Assembly: GCF_016433145.1 (NCBI RefSeq)
Contig: NC_058133.1
Coordinates: 250,339,375 to 250,403,374, forward strand
DNA length: 64,000 nt
Reading direction: 5' to 3'
Source of the DNA: Gracilinanus agilis
Lineage: Eukaryota
Of this stretch, positions 1 to 13,456 are shown piece by piece. Position 1 is the first letter of the stretch; every line of letters starts with the position of its first letter. Below the pieces are notes generated by a model that saw only the letters and a program-made list of their open reading frames with translations, made no database searches and was not told the origin of the DNA. Position numbers and translations under genes: made by a program.

Positions 1-750
1 AGGCGGACGGGTGCCGAGCGCGCTTGCGCAGTAGACCGCAGCGCCGGCGGCGGCGATAGGGGGAGGAGGGAAGGCGGGGGGAGGTGGCGGCGGCAGTGGA
101 GGAGGCGGTGGCGGCGGCGGCTTCCCGGGATTGAGGTGGTGGCTGAGGAGACGGCGGCGGCCATTTCCCTCACAGTGGCGGAGACCGAGGCGGCGGCGGA
201 CGGGGAGCGGCCCGGCCCCGGCCCCCTGCTCGTCGGCTGTGGCGGGGCCGGTGTGGGGCCTGCCCGGCTCCCGCCCCCTGCGGCGTCCCCGCCGGCTCCT
301 CCTCCTCCCCCGGGGGGGCGGCGCAGGGGGCCCGGCCCGGCCCGAACTCAGGCCGCCGCCGCTGCCGCCGCCGCCGCGGGAGGAGGAGGAGGAGCAGCAG
401 CAGCAGCAGCAGCAGCAGCCGCTGCAGGCGGCGGCGGCTCCTCCATGGGCGGCCTAGTTGCCGGCAGGGACATGGAGCCGGGGCTACCCGTCGAGGTGCG
501 TGGCTCCAACGGGGCCTTCTATAAGGTGAGGCGGCGCGCCGGTCTGGGACACTCGCCCGTCCCTCAGGCCGGGGGAGCGCGGGACTGCCGGGATTCCTCT
601 TGCCCATCCCCAGGCCTGCCCCCTGCTCCCCCCACCCTACCCCCGGGAACTGCTCCAGGTCCCTCGTCTGCTTCTTCCCGGGGCAGAGGCAGGCACTCCT
701 CCCAAAAGACCTCGCCTCAGGACCACCCTTCTCGCTCATTCCACCGCTGA
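1..750 (+). promoter_or_regulatory. FXR2: CpG island covering the FXR2 promoter, 5' leader and exon 1
   Basis: Very GC- and CpG-rich stretch with many GGC repeats, surrounding the FXR2 ATG at 445. Confidence 0.9.
352..438 (+). repeat. Compound trinucleotide repeat (GCC)n-(GGA)n-(CAG)8-(GGC)n upstream of the FXR2 ATG
   Basis: Read directly; 8 uninterrupted CAG units at 395-418. Confidence 0.95.
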
Positions 751-3700
751 CCTTCCCTTCTGTTCTCACCTAGGGCTGCTAAGACTTTTAATTCTATCTT
801 TGTGTAATCCTCCCCACCCCCATCTCTGGGAGAGACCTCTGGCCATTATCTCAGGCAGAGCCCCTCCCACTTCGTGTTCCCCGACCGAGGGAGAAAAATA
901 TGAAACCGAGCTCTTAACCGCTGTAGCACCCCCTGACCTCTAGGAAGTCTGTGCTCTGCCATTCATTTTGCTTTTTCATTCGTCGATGGCTTCATTATAA
1001 ACAAGTTCTCTACCTCCATACCTCTACCTTCCAAGCAAGACCTACCTAGAATATTGTTTGACCCGGGTAAGGACCAGTACCTACACCCTTATATTACTGA
1101 TGTCATTCCCCAAGCGGAGCCAGTGTTCTCCTCAAAGGGAACCTCAAGAGGACCCCTTTCCTAGGAGTGGAGACCTCTTCCTGTTATTTTTCCCTAAGGT
1201 ATTTCTGTCTCTAGAATGTTCCCTAGTAACTTTCCCTATTTGGGCACTCTCCTAAGCTCTTTTTTAGGGATTCCCTTTGGAGGACCCGTTTTCTGTACCC
1301 AGACTCCCCTCTGAAGGCTTCATTTCTGCCGAGGTTCCCTCCCCATTGTCCACACCCTTTTCTGCCCAACCCTAGTTCAGTTTCTGGGATATCCTTTATT
1401 AGGTAAAGTAGTTGGAGTTGAAGACTCACTGCTTACCATTAATTTTCTTCTCCTTAATTCTCTAATATGGGGGGGCTGGGACGGGACATCCTTGTAACTT
1501 ATACCCTGCCAACGTTTTTGTTCTACCTCCCAGGCCTGAGTTTGAACATATATTGTAGCCTATCCTACATCTGGAAGAACTAGAATGTAAGTTCCTTGAG
1601 GGCAGATTGTCATTTTTGTCTTTACCCAGTTCCTAGCAAATAGTTACTTAAATAAATGTTTGTGATATTTCTCCTATATCACCACATGTGGGGAGAGATC
1701 CTGCCCTCCCTTTCCCCTTCTCCTTTACCCAGTAGACCCCTTTACCTTTGAGATTTTCTGCTCCCCTTCTTCCCCAAAGCATATCTCATATTACTAAAAA
1801 AGATTTGGTATTTGCCATAAGGTGTACTCTCTTTTCTCTCATCAAATAATTTTCATCTCTGTAACCTTGGTCTCAACCCATTCCTTAATCTTAGTAGTTA
1901 ACTATATAAACTTATCGTAAACAACCTGAATCTTTATTTCCAGAACACTTTCTTAATCTTTCAGCAGCAAAAAAAAAAAAAAAAAAAGGAGGTTCTTTAG
2001 TTGATTCTTTGTGTCTTTCTTTCCTAAACCCTGGACTCCCCTTCCAGTTCTAGATCATGTGATAACACAGTCTCCGTAATAGCACCCCAGAATACTCTTG
2101 TTTCCACCTGAACCCACCCATACCAGAATTCCTTACTCCTTTCTGTGTCTGTAGCATATGCTTGACCTTAACTTCTTTTCCCTTTATATTTCCTTTTTTC
2201 CTCATTAACATACTTCAGATACCTCTTTCATCCTGACTGGTCTTCTGCCCTCCTTTTATGTCCCCTCTAAACCCCCATTCATAAACTCTGTGGATTCTGG
2301 GAGAAAGGGAGTTTAAGTCAGCGATATTCTATAAGGTGTTATATTTAGTCTTCTCTCCTTCCTCTTTAACTGGTATCTAGGGGCAGCTTTTAGGTAAGAT
2401 TGGTCTCTAGTTAGAATCATCTAGAAAAAGGAGGTTTCTCCCCCCTTTCATATACATAGGTAGCAAAGCCTTTTTAAAATCCTCAGCTTCTATATTTTGT
2501 TAACTCTTTATCCTCACTGTGTGAATGTAGTAAAGGTGAGAATTTGATTTAGGGTGAGGATGCTGGAAAACAGATCATATGGATTGATGTGTTCTGTTCC
2601 TTTTAAGTCCCATTTTGAAGACTAGAATACCTCAGAATAATCTACCTAAATTCCTCTCTCAATGCTAGATTTTTTTATGTATCCATTCTTTTCTGGGATC
2701 CTTAACCTTCTATATTTGAATACTCTCCCACACTGTCATTAGACCAGTTTTCATGACTCAGCAGATGAAGGTTGTGGGTAAGGAGTGGCATATTGTTTGA
2801 AAACTATATCCTCTGATAAGGTTTTTTTTCTCCTATAATCTCTCTTGGATGTGGGAATCACATTGTATATCCTCTTCTAAAAGAGAGTATACAAATGATA
2901 TCCTTTAACAGATATCCAGGATCTTAGTCATCTTGCAGCTCTGAATGGTCCCCCTTCCCTCCAAGAGTCTACATACATTTCCACTTGAGTCTTTAGCATT
3001 TTAAAATTCCATCACTAATACGCTTCTAAGATAGAAACATAGCTCTGATCTGTCAATTCTCCCTTCCTTAGGCAGCCCTGGCCTGCTCCTGATACTCCCC
3101 ATAGTTCATCATATTGATACCACACTGAGTTCAGGTACTCAGATCAGCTTAGACCTGCAGCTCTGAACTCTCTAGTTCAAGGTTCTGCCAGCCTTTGCCT
3201 CTCTGCACCACTATGCACAGCCTCTTATAATCTAAGGAACCATTTGACCCAGTCTTCTGTTTCCAGTTCTTAGTAGATTCTGGTTTCTACTGAGACTATA
3301 TTCTTTGGGAAAGTTACTAATCAAAGTTAAATAGATCTTAGCTGCAGTACTAACTATGAAGAAGCTATCATACTACTTCCTCGTGGAAGGAGAGGCAGGG
3401 TAAAAGTTAATTAGATTGGCCCCAACTGGACAATGTGGAAAACTTTTCACACCCATGCCCTCCTTTTCCCTTGCTTTCTTCGGACATTTATTTACCTTGC
3501 CTTATCTAAGCAGGCCAGAGGGTTTTGTTCACATGGTTTTAAGTATTGGATGTTAGGGTCCAAGTGGATTGCCACCCAAGGAGCACACGGAGACAATGCA
3601 ATCCAAGCAAAGGGAAGTCTTTATTTCTAGTGCGCGCTAGGGGAACTCAGCAAAGGAGTTCCAAAGCAACATAGTCAGAGTGGAGTTTAAATACATTTTT

Positions 3701-6700
3701 GAAGCTTTGATCTAGTACCTATGAATAGATTCATGGTTTCAGTTCAGTGCTCAGGAAGGAACGGGACTTTACCCTAGAGAAAAAGGACTCATTGTTTTGG
3801 TCTGGTGCTTAGACTTAAGGAGAACAAGACATTACATATCAGACATGTATGCAGGTGGGAGTTGGGGTTTAGTTTTAATCATTTACTTTACTTCAGAGGT
3901 AAGGTGAATCCTTTGTATATATTACTGAGCTAGGGAAACAGGATAGAACCTGAGGTTCTTTAGCTATGGCTTCAGTCTTATTGAGCCAAAGCCAGGAGAT
4001 GCCAAATGCAGTGGACCAAAATCCTAGTTTCTCTCTGACCTTCCCCTTGGCTTCCTCTGTTCATGTTCCCAACATGACTCTAGGTGAGGTCTAAGCAGAC
4101 CTAGTAATTCAGCTTCCTTCACTGGAGTCCTTAAGGGAAGAAATGGTTTCTAGGGGTGAATTGGGTGAAATTAAGCAGCAGAGGTCTGAAATCTCTGAAA
4201 AGAACTCCAGTTTCAAGGATTATGGCAGGAAAAATGAGTAATAATGGCATTTCTTTCTACAGACCAGCTCTAAGTGGTCAAAGAATAATTGTTTATACCC
4301 AGAGAGAGGCATAGCCTTTCTAAATAGGTTAGGAGCAGGAATCCATTTTTGAAAGGAGCAGGCAAGTGCCTGTCTTCTGCCATGCCCTCTCTTCCCCTTC
4401 CCCCCTTTCTTCTTAAAGAACTTTCCAGAACAGCTGGCACTGTCTTAATGAACTGTGGTGACAGAAGCTCAAAAATATTTTAGATGTATTATAAGCCAAG
4501 GCAGGTGTGAAGTCCTAAAGGGTCTGGATGAGGTATTGAGTAGAATGGATGAAAGGGTTACTGAAATAGAGTATCATGGAAAGAACATATAAAGGAAGGG
4601 TACCGAGAGGTGATGGACCTTTAGGAAAGGATTCTGGACTGAGAAAAGGGACTATCATATATAAGGGAGATTTTGTAAACTTTTTAATATATTATAAAAT
4701 GTTAGATACCATTATTAAACCATTATAGTGTTTATAACATTGACAGTAAAGTTCTGGGGGAAAGGTGGGATCTTCACTACTTGTCCTAAAAGGAAATTGG
4801 AGGTGATTTTGCTCCAGAAGTTAAATTTAACTTTAAATTCTAACCTGAAGTAGTATCTGTGATTGAACAATCCAAGATGGTAAGGGAGGAGTAGGCAGAG
4901 TGTTTGTTCTTTAATTTCTGCCCTAACACATTCTAACCCCCAGCCTCAGTTTCTTTAAGGAAGGAAGGAAATTTTAAGCATTTACTAAATACCTACTATA
5001 TACAAAGCACTATGCTAGTATTAATAGTAGCTAACATTTATGTAGCTTCTACTACATGGCAAGCATTATGTATAGTAGCTAACATATAGCTCTCACTGTG
5101 TGCCAAGCTTACAAATATTACTTCAATGGATTTTCCCAACAACCCTGGGAAAAAGATGCAATCATTATAATTGCCATTTTAAAGTTGAGGAAACTGAGAC
5201 ACAATAAAGGTTATTTATTTGTTAGCCTGGGTCACAACTAGTGTGAACTAGGAAGGTCTTCCTAAATCTAGCTTGTGCCAGCTTCTTGAAACTTCCAATG
5301 TACTTTCATTATGTGAGGCCGATAAAAGTGGAAACAGAGTTGGATAGGTGGTTATGGTCACTTCAGTTTAGAACATAATCTCTCCCTACCTATGTGAGAT
5401 GGGGTAATTTATTTTACATTAGAAGCATAGCTCTTTGAACCTGTGTCTTTATGCTAGAACTCCAGCATCTTCATCATCACCTTTCTCTTGTTATCTTTCT
5501 TCTTTTAGTGCCTGGGTGTCCCACCCAAATCCTTACCCCTTCCCCTAATTGTGCTCTCTCTACCTTTCCCCCATTTCCTCTTAGGATATAAGCATCTGGG
5601 TGGTCTGGGGATGCCAGGTTTCCTCTAGTCTATTTTGCCACATAAAGGAGGCAGATCTTTGTCTCCTCTGGACTCCAGGATATTGTCTCCTTGTCTTTGT
5701 GAATAATCATAGCTTTGGTTAATGTTTTTGCTATTTTAATTGGACAGTGACAGGCTATTGAGCAAAAAATGAAGAATTGGGGGAGGAGTAAAGTGTAGGT
5801 TTCTAGGATCAAGAAGGAAGTAAGCTTCAGGTCCCCACATTTTTCCATTCCCCTCACCCCCTAACTCCCTCCTCCCTAGGCTCTACCCTTTTCTCTTGCC
5901 ATGTGTCTCCCCGCCCCTTAAAATATAGACACACTTTACTTAAAATTTGGATGTGTCTCAGTCCCCTTTCCTGACTCGCCTCACCCAGATTGCTTCTGTC
6001 CCCCAGAACAGAGGTTTCCAGCCTCCAGCCTGCCCCTTAATTCCCTTCTGGAGTTCTGAGCTGATGGTAAATCTCCATTTTCTTTCTCACCTTACTCCGC
6101 CACCCACTGTAGGGTTTTGTGAAGGATGTCCATGAAGACTCTGTCACCATCTTCTTTGAGAACAAGTAAGACTGGGGTTGGAAAGGGAGCAGGGATGACA
6201 CCCGGCGGGGTGGGGGGCCTAACAAAGGAAAACTGATCTTAAGAGGGTTGCTTTGGGGAGGAGAGCCAAGAGTTAGGTATATAGTCCTAGGAAGGGAGCG
6301 GGGACTTAAAACTGCAGGGTAATGGAGAGGGGAATAATGGTACATAAATATTTGGTTCTATTTGAGGGGATCAGGGGCTATGGGTGTAGTCTTCTACTCC
6401 TAAGGGAGGGGGAAGCAATGGGAATTGCTCTGGGAGCAATTGGGGAGCTTCATCAACCTGAGGCCCTTCTCATTGAGGCCCATTTACAGCTGGCAGAGTG
6501 AGAGACAGATTCCCTTTGGGGATGTTCGGCTACCACCACCAGCTGACTACAGCAAGGAGATCACTGAAGGGGATGAGGTAGAGGTAAGAACACTGAAGTT
6601 CTTCACCCTAAACTACCCCTTTTAGCCCAGAAGACACATACCCTCTCTCCTCACCCCCAGTCACCACCTTTCACTTGTTTCTTTGTCTCAGTTACTTTTT

Positions 6701-9700
6701 AGCTATTAGGTTTGTTCAAATTATTCCACTCTTTTCCATTGCTAGTTAAGTGAAGAATGGTAAAGAGAGTGTCTGTCTTTGAAAAAAATCTGCAAGGAAG
6801 GAACCTCTCCCCCTATGTGTTTCCCATTTTACATACTTCTACATGCCTGATCTCTTAATATTTCTTGCTGTAGTTTCAACCTGTTCCTTTTTCTTGCTGT
6901 TGCAGTTTCCCAAAGTTCAAGAGAACACCTCTTTCTCTTTTTTAAACCCTATCTTCTGTCTTAGAATTGATAGTGTATATTGGTTCTAAGGCAGAGAAGT
7001 GGTAAAGGCTGGGCAATGGGAGTCAAGTGACTTGCCCACAGTCACACAGCTAGAAAGTGTCTGAAGCCAGATTTGAACCCAGGACCTCCCATCTCTGAGC
7101 CTGACTCAATCCATTGAGCTACCTAGCTGTCCCTAGAACGCCTCTTATTTCAGTAAAAAAAAATCTTCCTCCCTTTAAGATAATAGTATCTAAAATTTCA
7201 TGATTTCTTTCATTCTGTTATAGCAGCAGCCTTTTCCTTTTTTCTTGGTTCAGAGGGTCACTACTTTGCAGGTTATTGGACAGTTTTCAGAATCACCTCT
7301 TATTTTCTTCCTTAACTCTAGGTTTATTCCCGAGCCAACGAGCAGGAGCCTTGTGGTTGGTGGCTAGCAAGAGTTCGGATGATGAAGGGAGATGTAAGTG
7401 ATCTTGGAGGAGTAGGAGAGTGGGATAAGGTGATTTTGGGAATAGGATCTGAGGGTAGAAAGATAGAAGGAAGCAGTTTGAGGATTTGATCCTAGTCATC
7501 TAAGATGGCTCTCTTCCATCCCATCAGTTCTATGTCATAGAGTATGCAGCTTGTGATGCTACCTACAATGAGATTGTGACCCTGGAGCGCCTAAGACCTG
7601 TCAATCCGAGTCCTCTGGCTACCAAAGGCAGTTTTTTCAAGGTTACCATGGCTGTTCCTGAAGATCTGAGAGAGGCGTGAGTTCCAAGGCTGTCCAAAGG
7701 AGGGGCCCTTTACACACACCCTTGGCCCCCTCCGATGGCCTCTCTACTTTTTCCATATTTCTTGTCATCCCCTTTCTCTTCCCCTGAACTTTTCCCTGAA
7801 TCGTGATATATAAGCATTTGTCTCTCTTCCCCAGCTGCTCCAATGAGAATGTCCATAAAGAATTCAAGAAGGCTTTAGGAGCCAACTGCATCTTCCTGAA
7901 CATCACTAACAGTGAGCTCTTCATTCTGGTAAGCACGTTTACCACCCAGCACTTCAGTCTTCTTCTCCTTTGTACTTTTGATCCTTAGCAAAGAAGGAGG
8001 GACCCAAGGGGTCTTTTATATTTTATCAAAAGACAGAATACTCTGCCGCCTTACTTTTGGCTATGGGTTATTTTTTTTCCCTTTTTTTTCTGGAAAACTG
8101 TGGGTCCAATATAACATAGGGTGACAAAGGATATGTTTTCAGGGCTTGACAATCCATAATTTTATTTGAATCTCCATGTATAACTTAAAATTTAGCTTTC
8201 ATTCTTTTTCCTAATAAGACTATCCTCTTATTCAGTTTATTAAACATTTATTAAATGCTTACTTTGTGCCAGGCATTGTGTTAGGTGCTAGGAACACAAA
8301 CAATCCCTGTTTGTTAGTATAAGCACACATCTTATATTCTTAATATTCCAAGTCCTAGAAAATTTATTTGCTTCTCTTCCTGTGCTTGAACCTTGAAGCT
8401 ATTTCTCCTATTTCTTCCTCTTCCTCCATTTCTTTTAGGAACCCAGAGAGACTCCTAAAATTCCACCTTCCAAGATACCCAAGTATTCTGGTTCCAAACC
8501 CTTGACTTCACTTATGTGAAATGGTTAATGTCTCTCCCCCTGGTTTTTCTCTAGTCAACGACAGAAGCTCCTGTGAAACGAGCATCTCTGCTGGGTGACA
8601 TGCATTTCCGAAGCCTCCGAACCAAACTGCTGCTGATGTCCCGAAATGAAGAGGCCACCAAGCATCTAGAGGTGAGCTCTGACCCCATTTTCCTCCTACT
8701 ATAGGAACCCTCTCATTCTCACTGAGATCTCTTGATTAAATCCAACTGATTTTAAAATGTTAAGTAAAAGTTGTAACTTCAGTGACTAGTTTTGGGATTA
8801 AAAGCAAATCACTTCACTTCTTTTGGTTTCCTTTGTCTTCTCTATAATAATTACACCATACATTTATTTGGCCCTTTATGTTTTCACATATGTTTTGTTT
8901 GCACTACTGATATAGAAAGTATTTAAGACTGGCTATCTTAATCTTTTTTTTTTTTTAAGAGATTCAGGCCTAGAGAAATTGTAACTTGTCGAATATTTAG
9001 TTTTATTGCAATATTCTCTTCATTTTACTGCATTCTTTTTGCAAAATTAGATTGGATTATAACTTTATGGGGGAAATTAGTATTCTTATTTCTGTGTTTG
9101 CTTCTCAAAGAAAACTTTAGGATCCTTTTCCCCTTTTCATTCCTCTTAAACTTTCTTTCCTGGGTTCCTTAACATATTTTCTATTAATGTCAGTAGTTTC
9201 CTCAGTTTAGAGATTGCTCCAGATAATCTCTAAGCCATATGATGTTCCTTGATCATCTTTGAGTGGGTAGAAAACATCTCTCCTTAAGTATTTCTGATTG
9301 CTGGATTCAGTTTTAGCTCCACATCTTGGCAAATTCCTTTAGGAGACTTGCAGGCCTCTTTTCAGGCCCTAGACACCTTACATATCTATCTCTATTAGGT
9401 CTGTCTTAACTGCCTCTTAAGTTTCAGTCCCTTTCCTGAGAGAATGAGAACTTTTGGAACCTCTCTGTTCAGAGAACGTTTTTCTTCCTCTCCATGGTTT
9501 ACTCTCCCATATTCTTTCTTATCTTTCTTCTTCAAGAATTGGGCAACTTTACATGTATAGCCCCAGATTGGGTTGCTTATCAGCTCCAGAAAGTGGGGAG
9601 GCAGATAGTTTGGATTATATGACTTTGGAAAACTTATGTGAAATGTTGTTATTAAAAAATAAAATAAGAATTGGGCAACTGGGTGGCTTAGTAGATGGAG

Positions 9701-12700
9701 AGCCAGGCCTGGAGACTGGAAGTCCTGGGTTCAGATACTTTTTTGCCTTGTGACCTTGGCCCCAATTGCCTTGCCCTTACCAGTCTTCTACTTTGGAATC
9801 AATACTCAGTATCAATTCTAAGTCAGAAGGTAAGGGTTTAAAAAGAAGAAGAAGCAACTTGTCTCAGGACCAGATTAAGAATTGGACCAATTTTATCTTG
9901 TGATCCCCTCTAATCCTTGGCTCTCTTCCTCAATTATTTGGAGTTTGTGGTAAGAGAGAGACCATATTGCTTGGAAAAGTATATAGTATTTGATTGGTAT
10001 TTTTATAACATTTTTGCTTTTTCAAAGAGCTATCACATTTTTGTAATGTAAGCTTTATAAGAGTTCTCCAAGATGGCGGGACAGATGTGATATGACCTCA
10101 AGCACAGAAAGAATGTGATTTGTTCTAAGTCCCATAACTTATTTATCAGTATCAGAGAATTTTTTAAACACCAGATTACTAGATGTCCTTTACCAAGAAT
10201 CTCTGGGCTTTGGCAGGGAAATTGAGAAAGACTAACTTCTTCCAGTTTCCATATCAAGTGTCACAAGGGCCGGTAACCATTAAAAGTTGTAGTTCCAGAA
10301 CTTCTGACCTACTGTCTTCCTGTGTCCCCTTAATCACACAGAGGGAGAAATCCTGAGACAGGTACTGTCTAAGGTTTAAAGATGTCCCAGGTGATTTCCA
10401 GTCTTTCCTTCCAGACAAGCAAGCAGCTGGCAGCAGCATTCCAGGAAGAATTTACAGTACGGGAAGACCTAATGGGATTAGCAATTGGAACTCATGGTGC
10501 CAATATCCAACAGGCCCGAAAAGTGCCTGGGGTGACAGCCATTGAACTGGGCGAGGAAACTTGCACCTTCCGAATCTACGGGGAGGTCAGCATGGGGCTT
10601 CTAAGGGGAGGAAGGGTAAAATAGAAAATATGCTGGAATTCTTCCTGGTTCTCTTCCCCACCCCATTTTTTTGTGGTAGCACCATTTCCTCAAAAAGAAT
10701 GGTGGGGGGGATGGGAAGCTTAGGGGCTCAGCCTCCTATGTGCAGTAATCATCTTCCCACTCTTTCCCCAGACCCCTGAAGCATGCAAGCAGGCCCGAAG
10801 CTACCTTGAGTTCTCAGAAGACTCTGTCCAAGTGCCCCGGAACCTGGTCGGTGAGTCTATATAGATGGTTGTAAGGATGAAGCAGGAGGGAGGAGGGGGT
10901 ATTGAAAAGGAGTGGAGAGGTGGGGACCAGTGGGAGTAGAAATGATGGATGATGGATGGAGTTGGGTGGTAAACTACTGGTTCTTTAAGAAAGAGGTTAG
11001 GTTTATATTGGGCTGAAAACTACCACCCCCTGAGGAGTAGACAAAGGAAAACTGCCATAGGAATGAGGAGTAGAAAATTTCTAGGATATCTGGAAGTTTT
11101 TAAATATTTTTTTCCTATATTGTTATAGTCGGGATAATGGATGAAATAAACCTATACTATATACCTTATGTCTTTTGTCTTTTAAATAACTAATTCCTTC
11201 CTCCCCTAACCCAGGCAAAGTGATTGGGAAGAATGGGAAAGTGATCCAGGAGATTGTGGATAAATCTGGTGTGGTGAGGGTTCGAGTGGAGGGTGATAAT
11301 GACAAGAAGAATCCGAGGGAGGAGGTATTATATGGAAAGATTTCTTTGGTTTCCCCAGGGAAGTTGGGGGCAAGGGGGAGTAAGTTCCTTAGGATAAGAA
11401 CTTTTGTGTGGTGTGGATACCTGGGATGGATTTTGTTGAAGATAGGTCCTCAGTCTGAGCATATGTAAAGATGAGAGAAACAGGTTTTGCTCATCTGTCT
11501 ATCCCTTCTTACTGACCCATTTCTTCCCTGCCAGGGAATGGTTCCTTTCATATTTGTTGGTACCCGGGAGAACATCAGCAATGCTCAGGCCCTACTGGAA
11601 TATCACCTCTCTTATTTGCAGGTACCAAAGCTGTTTGCATGGGAGGGAAATGAGTACTAAAGGTCCTGAGAATTGGAACTTTGGGGAAAGTTCTGGGGTC
11701 CATGGAGACTGTCTCTGAGGAGAACGTGACTGAAGGGCATCCAGATATTGACTTGTCCTCATCTTTTCTTTTTCTGCTTTTCCGTTTTAATTTTTGCTAG
11801 TCTTTGCCATATATTTTGCCTTAGGTACTATGGAGTTTCAGCAGAGGATTCTTAAATTTCTCTCCTTTCCCTGCCCCCAACTTTTATTTCCCCTCAACTA
11901 GGAAGTAGAACAGCTTCGATTAGAAAGACTACAGATTGATGAGCAGCTTCGGCAGATCGGGCTGGGCTTCCGTACCCCTGGAAGTGGTCGAGGAAACAGT
12001 AGTGGTGACAAGACTGGCTATGCCACAGATGAAAGCTCTTCCTCTTCCCTCCATGCCACTAGAACCTATGGGGGTCGTGGCCGTGGCCGGAGGACAGGAA
12101 GTTCAGGCTATGGTGAGATAATGATATATGGCCAGGGTGAGAGGGAGGAGTGATGGGTTGTGAAAGGGGAACACATTGTTTTCAGAGGCTTTTTTTCTTT
12201 GGGGATATGGGATTGTATAATATTTTCTGGGAGTGAGGAAACAAATAACTCCTTCCCTAGGCCCTGGTTCAGACCTGTCCACTGCTTCTGAAACTGAGTC
12301 TGAGAAACGAGAAGAGCCTGAACGGCCTGGACATGGTGACCAGGATGCCTCTAGCAGAGGTGAAGAGGGTCGTAGGAGACCAATGGGGGGCCGAGGTCGA
12401 GGGTCTAATCCTGCACCTCGGCTTCCTAACAAGTATACAACATCTTCCATTAGCTCAGGTACTGAGGAAATAGTCTGACACTCACCTGGGTCTTTGAGGG
12501 AAATGGAGTAGAAGCTGAACTTAAGTTGGAGACTGGATGCCCAAAGGCCAAACCCTCTTCTTTTACCCTACCTAGTACTGAAGGATCCTGACAGTAATCC
12601 CTACAGCCTACTGGACACATCAGAACCAGAGCCCCCAGTTGACTCTGAGCCTGGAGAGCCACCTCCAGCTAGTGCCCGGCGCCGACGTTCTCGCCGTCGG

Positions 12701-13456
12701 CGCACAGATGAAGATCGGACCATCATAGATGGAGGACTGGAATCTGATGGACCTAACCTGGCTGAAAATGGTCTGGGTGAGCAGGGTTCCCTAGGTCACT
12801 TGAGAAAAATGAGACTTAGGAAGCAGGGTGCCTCTTTTTTCTGAGTATCTTTCTCCTCACTACCCTTCCCTGCAGAAGAAGAATCAAAACCCCAAAGGCG
12901 CAATAGAAGCCGAAGACGACGTAACCGTGGTAACCGAGCAGATGGCTCTATCAGCAGAGATCGTCAGCCAGGTGAATAGTCTAAATTCTTCCTTAGACCT
13001 GAGAGAGTAAGACTCTAGGGGTGTGATGAAATAGGTTTTGGGCTGATCCCTTCTTCCCACAGTGACTGTGGCAGATTACATTTCCCGGGCAGAATCTCAG
13101 AGCCGACAGAGGCAGCCCCCTGAGCCCACTCATGTTCCTTCCGAGGACTCCCTCTCAGGACCAAAGGTAGATGTAACTTTACTTTTTCTTCTGTTCCCCA
13201 AACCCCAACAAGCTTTATCTTTCTTATTGGACTGGAGAAGAGAAACTCTGGTTTTCTGGTAGAACAGAGTGGGGAAGGGCTCCTTTGGGATTTGGGGCTT
13301 GGGGTGGTAAGAGGAAATAGAGGATCCCCACTTATTCCCTTCCTTTTTTTTTCTTTCCTTCTTCAGGGTGTCAGCAAGCTTCCTAAGGGCCCCTCGGAAA
13401 ATGGGGAGCTCTCTGCCTCCTTGGAGCTAGGCAGCTTGGTGAATGGGGTCTCATAA
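445..13456 (+). CDS. FXR2: Fragile X related protein 2 (tandem Agenet/Tudor, KH domains, RGG-rich tail), 17 coding exons, 668 aa
   Basis: Exons 445-525, 6113-6165, 6490-6583, 7322-7393, 7528-7676, 7835-7928, 8555-8671, 10415-10585, 10772-10850, 11215-11324, 11535-11621, 11902-12112, 12261-12458, 12576-12776, 12876-12971, 13063-13166, 13367-13456. All introns GT-AG; total 2007 nt, in frame. Peptides [23 protein letters not shown] motifs AIGTHGANI and [10 protein letters not shown]-terminus ..LVNGVS*. Confidence 0.97.
3551..4074 (-). mobile_element. Probable solo ERV LTR in FXR2 intron 1, antisense to FXR2
   Basis: TG...CA ends with a short terminal inverted repeat (tgttaggg / cccaaca). Minus-strand AATAAA at 3620-3625, about 70 nt from the end, with a TATTTAAA-like box upstream of it. 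No clean target-site duplication found. Confidence 0.55.
6936..7133 (-). mobile_element. Opossum SINE1-like element
   Basis: Reverse complement of the GGGCAGCTAGGTAGCTCAGTGG tRNA-derived head and the ...GGAAGGTAAGGGTTTAAAAA tail. Confidence 0.85.
9673..9845 (+). mobile_element. Opossum SINE1-like element
   Basis: gggcaactgggtggcttagtagatg head; ggtaagggtttaaaaa tail. Confidence 0.85.

Noticed and set aside
170-769. 199-aa antisense ORF over FXR2 exon 1
   Set aside because: It is a by-product of GC-rich, stop-poor triplet repeats and has no recognisable domain.
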